Virus record (IMG/VR): IMGVR_UViG_3300029947_000227
DNA from: an uncultured virus (IMG/VR IMGVR_UViG_3300029947_000227)
Taxonomy: Duplodnaviria; Heunggongvirae; Uroviricota; Caudoviricetes
Length of the DNA stretch: 64,000 nucleotides
Reading direction: 5' to 3' (one strand)
Below the pieces are notes generated by a model. The model ran no database searches. It saw nothing but the letters and a program-made list of their open reading frames with translations, and was not told the origin of the DNA. Every line of letters starts with the position of its first letter. Within the stretch, counting starts at the first letter, position 1. The position numbers and the translations under genes are program-made. Of the stretch, positions 49,395-57,042 are shown piece by piece.

Positions 49395-50293
49395 CAAGAC
49401 GGGACGGTGGAATCGATGTTCTCAAAGGTGTGGCCATCATCAGCGTGGTCGCCTACCATTTGGGCATGGCATGGACGCCGCTGGCCGTATGCTGCCCGAT
49501 ATTCTTCCTCGTCAACGGACAGTTGACCCTCTCCCGCCCGTTCGCATGGAAGCGGCACGTGCGGCGTTTGGCGGGCATCGCGCTCCTCACCATCCTGTGG
49601 AGCCTGATAGCCCAAACCGTTTGGATGGTTTCGGGCCGCTGGGCGGGACCCATCCGCCCCATCGGGAACACAATCCGGCTCGTCCAACCGGTCAACAACT
49701 GGCTGTGGTTCATGCTCGCCCTTCTGGCCGTCCACCTTGCCGCACCCGTCCTCAAACACCTGCTCGACCACGCGTTCCCCATGTTCGTCATGCTGACGAT
49801 CCTCGTGACCGGATGCGCGTGGGCGGCGGGCCTCGCGCCCATTTTCCCCGCGCTTGCCCGGATGGCGACGGTCCCGCCGTTCAACACCGAAATCGGCTGG
49901 GCTTTGGCCATGTTCTGCATCGGAGGCTGCCTGGCCCGCGTCAAACCATTCACGCCCGCACCGTGGATGCGCATCCCCCTCGCCGGCATCGCCGTCATCA
50001 TCGCCTGGCTTCCTTCCGCAATGCTTGCCGCGCGCGGGTTGAACCCCGTGTGGGACGCGTACGGGCTGCCCGGCACCACGCTCGCCGTCATCCTCCTATG
50101 GCTGGCCGTGCGCGGCACACACCCCACACCATTGTCCACGTTCATGGGATCGACCACGTTGTGCGCCTACCTCACCCACTGGCTGTGGGTCATGACCCTG
50201 CCCGCCGGCTCCTGGTGGGCGACGCCCCTCATCTGGCTCATGGCCTCCAACCTCGACCAAATCCCCCTCATACGCCGGCTCACCAGCATATAG
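49391..50293 (+). CDS. acyltransferase family 3 (OafA-like) membrane protein
   Basis: IDVLKGVAIISVVAYH, PIFFLVNG, LWFM, YLTH; polytopic. Confidence 0.85.
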   Translation: MTRRDGGIDVLKGVAIISVVAYHLGMAWTPLAVCCPIFFLVNGQLTLSRPFAWKRHVRRLAGIALLTILWSLIAQTVWMVSGRWAGPIRPIGNTIRLVQPVNNWLWFMLALLAVHLAAPVLKHLLDHAFPMFVMLTILVTGCAWAAGLAPIFPALARMATVPPFNTEIGWALAMFCIGGCLARVKPFTPAPWMRIPLAGIAVIIAWLPSAMLAARGLNPVWDAYGLPGTTLAVILLWLAVRGTHPTPLSTFMGSTTLCAYLTHWLWVMTLPAGSWWATPLIWLMASNLDQIPLIRRLTSI

Positions 50294-50302
50294 ACACGTC
50301 AC

Positions 50303-51322
50303 ATGGCAGACGTTTTCAACCCAATGGACCCGAAATGGTGGCCGGCTGGCGCAAGACTCGACTTCTGGGACATCACCGCACTGCATGAGGCAGGCCGACA
50401 CCCCGCATGGCTGGCCGACCCCCGGACGGCCACGCGGCGGCTCGACCACGCGCGCACGCTCAAAGCACTCGGACTCATCCACTCGCACCGCACCGTCACC
50501 ACCGGGCAACTGCACCGCCTCGACCCCACTCTCCCCGCCAGTCCAGCGGCCGGCCTGTGGAACGATCTCATGGCCTGCCGTCTGATCGAACTGGGCTTCC
50601 CCATCGCCTTGAACGGGCGGACGGGCCGTTCGCCGAGGACTGGCATGTTCATGGCGTGCCGCCTGCCCATCCACCTTGATGTCACCCAACGGCTCGCGGA
50701 ACTCGGGTTCAACCCGTTCGAAATCGCCTCCCTGGGGCCGGGCCCGCTGCGGGGCGCCCGCCAGTACGACCGGCATAATCTGATCTGCGCGGAACTGTCC
50801 GCCAGGTTCCGGGTGGCCGGATGGCGGACCATGGGCGAGGCGTGGGGGCGGTTCGACTTGCTGTTCGACGATCCGACGGCGGGGCGCGGCGGCCCCGACC
50901 TTGAACTCGTCCGCAATGACGGGCTGGTCGTCGCCGTGGAGGCGACGGCCACGGTCACCGGCATCGACGAGAAGATCCGCCGTTGGAACCGGCTGCTCGC
51001 CGTCCACCCGGACGCGGGGGTCGCCTGCGTGTGGCTCGACTGCTCCACCCAGGACAACGAGAGCGCCGTGAAGGCGGCTTTGGCGCGCATACCGGGCGCG
51101 GCGGGGCGGATGCGCGTCGCCTCCGCCCGCACGTGGCTGGACGGGCGGTTGGGCGTGCTGGCTGACGGGTCGACGCTCGACATGCTGTCCGGGCCGGGCA
51201 GGCCGCGTGTCGACCCGTCCGGGTGGATGGGTCGTGAGACCGCGCAGCTGGCCGCCCGGTTTGGCCTTGACGCGACCCGCTGGCGTCGCCCGGCGCCTCT
51301 GGCGGGCGGCTGCTGGGCTTAG
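50303..51322 (+). CDS. replication-relaxation-like (wHTH + PD-(D/E)XK) protein, candidate relaxase
   Basis: RTVTTGQL, RHNL, PDLELVRNDGLVVAVE, KIRRW. Confidence 0.6.
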   Translation: MADVFNPMDPKWWPAGARLDFWDITALHEAGRHPAWLADPRTATRRLDHARTLKALGLIHSHRTVTTGQLHRLDPTLPASPAAGLWNDLMACRLIELGFPIALNGRTGRSPRTGMFMACRLPIHLDVTQRLAELGFNPFEIASLGPGPLRGARQYDRHNLICAELSARFRVAGWRTMGEAWGRFDLLFDDPTAGRGGPDLELVRNDGLVVAVEATATVTGIDEKIRRWNRLLAVHPDAGVACVWLDCSTQDNESAVKAALARIPGAAGRMRVASARTWLDGRLGVLADGSTLDMLSGPGRPRVDPSGWMGRETAQLAARFGLDATRWRRPAPLAGGCWA

Positions 51323-51345
51323 GCGACGCATAGCGGGAGCACACT

Positions 51346-51624
51346 ATGAGCAGTGACATGTTGGACACGCAGATCAGACGGACGGCGCGCAGGATGGCGG
51401 ACCATGGCGACCTTGAGTCGATGGCCCGGCTGTTGGATCGCGCCAGGGCCGAGCTGACGGTGCTGGAACGCGCGCGGAGGATCGTGGACCGTCTGCCGGA
51501 CGATGAGCGCGAGACTGTGTTGGAGGCGGTGAGATACGCTTCGGATTATGGGTTGAGTCTGGATGGTCAGATCGAGTTGAGGCGGCTGGTGGAGCCGGTG
51601 GTGCGACTGGCCGCGGCCTCATGA
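51346..51624 (+). CDS. hypothetical protein
   Basis: motif at 51325, SD GGAG. Confidence 0.65.
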   Translation: MSSDMLDTQIRRTARRMADHGDLESMARLLDRARAELTVLERARRIVDRLPDDERETVLEAVRYASDYGLSLDGQIELRRLVEPVVRLAAAS

Positions 51625-51630
51625 CCGTCG

Positions 51631-51668
51631 AAAAAAGACCTCCTGGTGAAACCGGGGGGTCTTTTTTG
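51631..51668. terminator. bidirectional intrinsic terminator
   Basis: AAAAAAGACCTCCTGG-TGAAA-CCGGGGGGTCTTTTTT. Confidence 0.8.
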
Positions 51669-51843
51669 ATGTTTGGACGATGTCGTCGTCATGCATCACG
51701 GGGGGGATGGGGGCGGCGCGAACGATGAGGGGGTGGCCGCCCCCCCTGTTGGGGTGGAACCGGAAGGTAAGGTTGGATACCGGTTCCACCCGCCATCATG
51801 CGTCCGGCGACGGTTCGGATGACGTCGAGCCGTCGCCGGACGC

Positions 51844-52680
51844 TCATGAGACGGGGTTGGCGGTGGCTTCCCGTTGGTCGGCGAGGATGCGGGCGGCTTG
51901 TTCGACGGTCCGCGGGTCGAGTCCCATGTCCAGCAGGTCGGTGGGTTTGAGGGCTCGGAGACGGTCGAGCGCGGCCCGGCGGTCGCCGGGCGTGGAGTTG
52001 ATGAGGCGGGCGAGATCGCCCTCCTGGGTTTCGATGTGCGCTTCGGCGTCGGCGGCGAGGTCGCGTCGTTCGGTGGCGTCCTGGGAGCCGAGTCCCTCCT
52101 CGGCGCGCAGGGATGCGAAGAATTCGTTGACGCAGTGCTCGTACCATGCGCGCCCGTTGGCCCAGGGGCCTTTCGCGATGGGGCGGATGTCGGCGTGGGG
52201 GTTGCTGGTGCCGCCGTCGGCGAGCCTGGGGTAGCGTCCGGCGTTGGGGTGCGTGTCGGCCCATTCGCTGATCGCCTTGTCCCAGATTCTGTCGCGTTCG
52301 GCGGGTGTGGGGCTGCCGTTGACGGCGGCCCGGTATTTGGCCAGTGCTGGCTCGTAGATTTTGCCGGCGCGGATGTAGGTGGCGGGGAATCCGTGCGACT
52401 GCATCCACCGTTCGAGGTGGATGCGGCGGATGGTGGCCGCGTACCAGGCCATGGCGGGGATGATGTTCTTTTTCTTGGCGAGGCGGGTGGCGTCGCGGAC
52501 GGCTTTGTCGATGAGGTCGAGTGCGATTTCCTCGGCGCGTTGGGGGTTGTGGACGTAGCGGTTGATTTTGCCGGCGAGGCTTGACGGGTTGCGCGGGTTG
52601 GAGGCCCATTTGATGAGCCGGTCCCATTTTTGCTGGTCGGCGGTGGATAGTGGATGGTATTGCGTGTTTGTTTTGTTCAC
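51844..52680 (-). CDS. putative sigma-70-like factor A (regions 2-3, no obvious region 4), 278 aa
   Basis: GTG 11 nt after GACGCATA; WYAATIRRIHLERWM...GFP...R.G...A...Y...VNGSPTPAE; paralog of 52750-53511. Confidence 0.55.
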   Translation of the reverse strand: MNKTNTQYHPLSTADQQKWDRLIKWASNPRNPSSLAGKINRYVHNPQRAEEIALDLIDKAVRDATRLAKKKNIIPAMAWYAATIRRIHLERWMQSHGFPATYIRAGKIYEPALAKYRAAVNGSPTPAERDRIWDKAISEWADTHPNAGRYPRLADGGTSNPHADIRPIAKGPWANGRAWYEHCVNEFFASLRAEEGLGSQDATERRDLAADAEAHIETQEGDLARLINSTPGDRRAALDRLRALKPTDLLDMGLDPRTVEQAARILADQREATANPVS

Positions 52681-52749
52681 GGTTATGCCGTATGCGTCGC
52701 GGCGTGTCGGGGCGCATAGCGGGTGTTGTTCGACCGGTTGGGAGGTGTC

Positions 52750-53511
52750 ATGGGCGTGTATGACGAGGCGAGGCATCCGCGTGAGCAGCGGACGGGACGG
52801 TATCGGGACAGCGACCGGTTTCGCGCGGTCATGGATCGTGATTTGGAGGCGGCGGGTTTGGACCGGTCGGCGGTCTGGGATGTGTCGCGTCTGGCCGCGT
52901 CCGAGGGCGAATGGGTGGGTGAGGAGGTGCTTGACTGTTCGTCCCGGGAGGGTTTGGCTGAATATGATCGGATTCTTGATGCGGCGGTGCAGAGCCTGAC
53001 CCATAAGGTCGCGCGGTTCGTTCCGGCGGGCGCGGCGGGTGATGCGGCTCGGGCTGCCGTGGAGCATGTGGCGTTCGAGGCGCGGATTACGTGCGCGACG
53101 AGGTCGGATCGTTGTTTTTCGGCCCGGTATTTGGCTGCGGCGGTGCGGCGGACTTCGGTCGAGCGTGAGATGAAGTATCAGAATGATGAGATCAATGTGG
53201 CGTGGGTGCGTCAGGGGGATGCGTATATTCGCGCGCGTGACGGGTGGGTGGCGTCTCATCATGGGGCGTTTCCGCCGGCGGATGTGCGTGATCGGCTTTG
53301 GGATGAGGCGGTTACGGAGAAGTGGGAGCGGACGGTTGCGTCGACTAGGTCGGTTCCTCGTCTGGTGGTGCCGTTGTCGGATGGTCGCAGTGTGAATCCG
53401 AGGGGTCGCGTGTTTGGGTTCAATGGTCGGGAGCGGTTTGAACGGTTGATGGCGGATATGGCTTCCCGGGCGGGGTTTGAGCGGGATGTCAGTGAGGTGC
53501 GTTCGCTGTAG
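52750..53511 (+). CDS. putative sigma-70-like factor B (paralog of A), 253 aa
   Basis: GGCGCATAG at 52711, SD GGAGG; FSARYLAAAVRRTSVEREM...HHGAFPPADVRDRLWDEA. Confidence 0.55.
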   Translation: MGVYDEARHPREQRTGRYRDSDRFRAVMDRDLEAAGLDRSAVWDVSRLAASEGEWVGEEVLDCSSREGLAEYDRILDAAVQSLTHKVARFVPAGAAGDAARAAVEHVAFEARITCATRSDRCFSARYLAAAVRRTSVEREMKYQNDEINVAWVRQGDAYIRARDGWVASHHGAFPPADVRDRLWDEAVTEKWERTVASTRSVPRLVVPLSDGRSVNPRGRVFGFNGRERFERLMADMASRAGFERDVSEVRSL

Positions 53512-53679
53512 GTTGGCGTGTTACATGTAACATGTTTTTTGCTTGTTTTGTGTTTTTTTGGCGTGGTGTCTGCCGGTTGGGCGGGGTGTTGGGGGCTTGG
53601 CCGATGTTTGTGATGGAATCGTGAAGATGTGAAGGAATTGTGAAAACGTTGATTCCGTTAACGATTCGAACGGATGTGC

Positions 53680-54226
53680 TAAAACCGTCGTTGAATCGAC
53701 ACTTCGACCCCATGGTGTTCATAAACTGCTACACCGCTACCGAGGTGAAACACGCGAATGTAGCAGTTTAGCCCTACTCCCCGTAGGGCTGAGGCCGACT
53801 GCTACACTGCTACCGAAATTTTGGGGGGGTACGTATGGAAAAAGGGGCGCATACCCCGATTTTTTTACGCGTACCACCCAAAAAAACGGTAGCAGTGTAG
53901 CAGTAGCCACCAATCCCTTACGGCAGTAGGGCTAAACTGCTACACCCCGCTGTAGCGGTCCTGTAGCAGCAGGCCCTCAGCCCTACTGACAGTAGCGCTA
54001 CACGCTGTAGCACCCCGGAAACCGGCCGGACGGCCGCACCCGGGGCCGTTTCCGGCCGACTTTCCGGGTCGCCAGACAGCCCCGGGCGAAAACCTCGGTC
54101 CCGGCCCCACGCAAAACCCCCACATGCCCCTGAGAGCCATTCTTTGGCCCCTCTAACGCGGGAAAACCCAAAACACGGAAAAGTGCCCACGGCCCCCCAT
54201 CAAGCCACGCGGAAACCTCGCTTTTT
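53680..54226. repeat. Repeat family A, copy 3 (inverted relative to copies 1 and 2)
   Basis: reverse complement matches 23395-23940, e.g. GAGGGGCCAAAGAATGGCTCTCAGGGGCATGTGGGGG and GGCTGTCTGGCGACCCGGAAAGTCGGCCGGAA. Confidence 0.9.
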
Positions 54227-54561
54227 TCGGCTTTTTCGGGGAATTAACGATTTTTTATCACTTTTCAAGCGGAAAAAACAACAAAATAATTAACGTTTTC
54301 CAGGCCAAAACCTTGCGATAATTACCGCATGAATTACATGACAATACGCAAACGATATCCACTCGAACGAATGGAACATATTCACCGCAATTAACGGTTA
54401 ATTAATACGCGAACATTTCTGAATACGCAAAGTCATTATGAAAAAATAAGCGTGGGAATTTCACAAAAATCTAATCAATTGAAATATCGGGAAAATCATC
54501 CATGGCTTCCCGCCGATCCGCCCGGCTCGCGCCGGACGCCTGACGCATAGCACCCGGCGTC

Positions 54562-54798
54562 ATGACAACTTCACCGCTCGCTCAGGACGTCCTTATGTAT
54601 CGTCATCCCACCGACGTTTTCGCCCGGCTCGTCGCATCCGGCGCGCAGGCCGGCGCGAGGATCGAGACGCGCCGCCGCCGTCGCGCCCGCCTTCGCGCCG
54701 CGCTCGATGCGCTTCAGGTCATCCTCGTCCTACTGCTGGCCTACGGCCTTGTCGCCGGCGGTTTCCTCGTCGCCTCGACGATTATCCTCTTCACCTGA
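54562..54798 (+). CDS. small membrane protein
   Basis: TGACGCATAG upstream; C-terminal TM. Confidence 0.6.
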   Translation: MTTSPLAQDVLMYRHPTDVFARLVASGAQAGARIETRRRRRARLRAALDALQVILVLLLAYGLVAGGFLVASTIILFT

Positions 54799-54814
54799 CG
54801 CATACCCGCACGGC

Positions 54815-56791
54815 ATGAAATCCATCTCACTGTTCTCCGGTTACCTCGGCCTCGACCTCGGGGCGAGGATGGCCCTCGGCGACCTCGACACGATCCTCTG
54901 GGCGGACATCGAACCCGGACCCCAGGCGCTCTGCCGCTTCCATGCGCCCGACGCCCGCGAGGAGCACGACGTGGCCAACATCGACTGGTCCAAGCTACCG
55001 CATGTGGACGTGCTGACCGGCGGCTCGCCATGCCAAAGCGTGTCCCTAGCGGGCCTCAGGGCCGGCATGAAACAAGGCACCAGATCGGGGTTGTGGAGCT
55101 GCCAGGCCGACGCGATCGCGGCATTGCGCCCGAACATCATGATTCACGAAAACGTGTCGGGCGTTCTTTCGGCCGCCGCCTCCGGCAAATACGACGTGAC
55201 GCTCGCCGACCGGCGCGCCGCCAAACTCAGGGCGGCCGGCCTGTGCGGGTGCGACGAACCGGACCTCGACCTGCCCGACGGCGTGAATCCCGGCAGGGGG
55301 GAGGCGGCCCGCCGCGCCGACGACGCGCTCCTCGAGTGGGCCCAGACGCACGGCGGGAACGTGGCGAACGTCTGCTGCAACCGCTGCGGCCTGCCCGTGT
55401 TCGAACGCGCGGACGGCAAACTGCTGAGCGGCGGGGCGCGCCTCAGGGGCGCGGACGCCTGGCCGTCCATCAGGGCGCTGGGGCGCGTGCTCGGGGATCT
55501 GGCGAACCTCGGCTACGACGCCGCGTGGCGGGCCGTCGAGGCCGCCGACGTGGGCGCCCCGCACCACCGCCCGCGCGTGTTCACCGTCGCCTGGCCGCAC
55601 CGGGACGGCGACGGGCCGGGCGGGGCGTGGGCCCGTTGGGACGGGGAACTGGACGCGTGGGTCACGGGCCAGCCGTCCCTGTTCGACGAGCCGAACGTGT
55701 TCCGCGGCTCATGGCCCAGGAGCGGCGTCATGGTCGCGGGCGCGGTGTCCGCCCCGCCCGCCTCGGTGCCCGCGCCGTCCGTGCTCTACGACTCCGAGAA
55801 GGCGGGCGGTCCCGACTGGTCGCGCGGCCGCGCCGAACAGGGCCGCCAGCTGGGACTCGCGGACGCGGTGAACCTGCTGCCCACGCCGATCGCCCACGAC
55901 GCCCAGGGCGGCAAGACGCCCGAACAGGTGGCCGCCGCCAGGGCTCAACGGTATGGGGTGTCCAATTTGAACGAGACGGTCGTCAACGAGCTGCTGCCCA
56001 CCCCGGTCGCCCGCGACGTCAAAGGCGGTAACATCCGAGGCACCCAGGACTGCCTGCCGGGCGCCGTGGGGATGGGCATGGCCCTGCTGCCGACCCCTGT
56101 GGCCGGCGACGGCGACAAGGGCGGGCCGAACGCCCGCCACGGCAGTGGCGACAAGCCCCTGTCCTCGGTTCTGCTGCCCACCCCGGCCGCCACGGACGGC
56201 GACGGACGCGGACCCGTCCCCGTGGCCGTCCGCAAAGCCGGGGGCCATTCGGTCCATCTGGCGGACACGATCTGCGACCGGACGGTCGACTGGGGGCGCT
56301 TCGCCCCGGCGATCCGCCGTTGGGAACGGGTGCTGGGACGTCCCGCCCCCGACCCCAGCCAAATATCAGGGTCGATGATCCACTGGGCTCGGGGCGCCCA
56401 GGACAACCTGTTCGACCCGGCCTGGCTGGCCGAACGCTGCCCCGGGTGCGAGAACGCCGGTCGCATGGCCGACTGGCCCCTGTGGAAGCGCATCCACGCC
56501 GGCGAAATCGCCCCGGACGAGGTGATCGGCGCGACCCGCCTGCCCCATCCGGCGATCCTCAACGCCTGGGCCAAACGCCAGACCCGTCGCATCTCGCCCA
56601 CCTGCCTGAGCCCCCGCTTCGTCGAATGGATGATGGGCCTGCCGGCCGGCTGGGTCACCGACCCCGCCATCTGGAGGGGCGTGCCCGGCAACCACCGCAA
56701 CCTCCAATTGCGCGCCCTGGGCAACGGGGTGTGCCCCCGGCAGGCCGCCGCCGCGATCAGGTGGGCGGTGAAGGTCAGGGAGACGATCTAG
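54815..56791 (+). CDS. C5-cytosine DNA methyltransferase with LPTP repeats and insertions, orphan
   Basis: SLFSG, GGSPCQ, HENV, HHRPRVF, EWMMGLP.GW, LGNGV; ATG 11 nt after motif. Confidence 0.9.
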   Translation: MKSISLFSGYLGLDLGARMALGDLDTILWADIEPGPQALCRFHAPDAREEHDVANIDWSKLPHVDVLTGGSPCQSVSLAGLRAGMKQGTRSGLWSCQADAIAALRPNIMIHENVSGVLSAAASGKYDVTLADRRAAKLRAAGLCGCDEPDLDLPDGVNPGRGEAARRADDALLEWAQTHGGNVANVCCNRCGLPVFERADGKLLSGGARLRGADAWPSIRALGRVLGDLANLGYDAAWRAVEAADVGAPHHRPRVFTVAWPHRDGDGPGGAWARWDGELDAWVTGQPSLFDEPNVFRGSWPRSGVMVAGAVSAPPASVPAPSVLYDSEKAGGPDWSRGRAEQGRQLGLADAVNLLPTPIAHDAQGGKTPEQVAAARAQRYGVSNLNETVVNELLPTPVARDVKGGNIRGTQDCLPGAVGMGMALLPTPVAGDGDKGGPNARHGSGDKPLSSVLLPTPAATDGDGRGPVPVAVRKAGGHSVHLADTICDRTVDWGRFAPAIRRWERVLGRPAPDPSQISGSMIHWARGAQDNLFDPAWLAERCPGCENAGRMADWPLWKRIHAGEIAPDEVIGATRLPHPAILNAWAKRQTRRISPTCLSPRFVEWMMGLPAGWVTDPAIWRGVPGNHRNLQLRALGNGVCPRQAAAAIRWAVKVRETI

Positions 56792-57042
56792 AGGGAATGC
56801 GAGAGCGGCCCTCCGTCCGATCGGCTGGACGACGGACGGCGAACTTGGCGACCGGTCTCCGCTGGTGAACACGAGATCGCCCGACACGTCGGCCTCATCC
56901 AGCAGGTCGAGGTCATTGGAGGCGTTGCGCTGGTCGCGCATCTGCCGCAGTGCGACCGGCGACTCGGGCAGAAGATTGCGCGGAAACGACGCCGGCAGAT
57001 CGCATCCGGCGTCCCACAGAAACCATTGGCCGTCGAAGACCG

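Noticed and set aside
51689..51847. Small ORF downstream of sigma-like A
   Set aside because: ATGA overlap is suggestive, but the sequence looks frameshifted or low-complexity; not enough support
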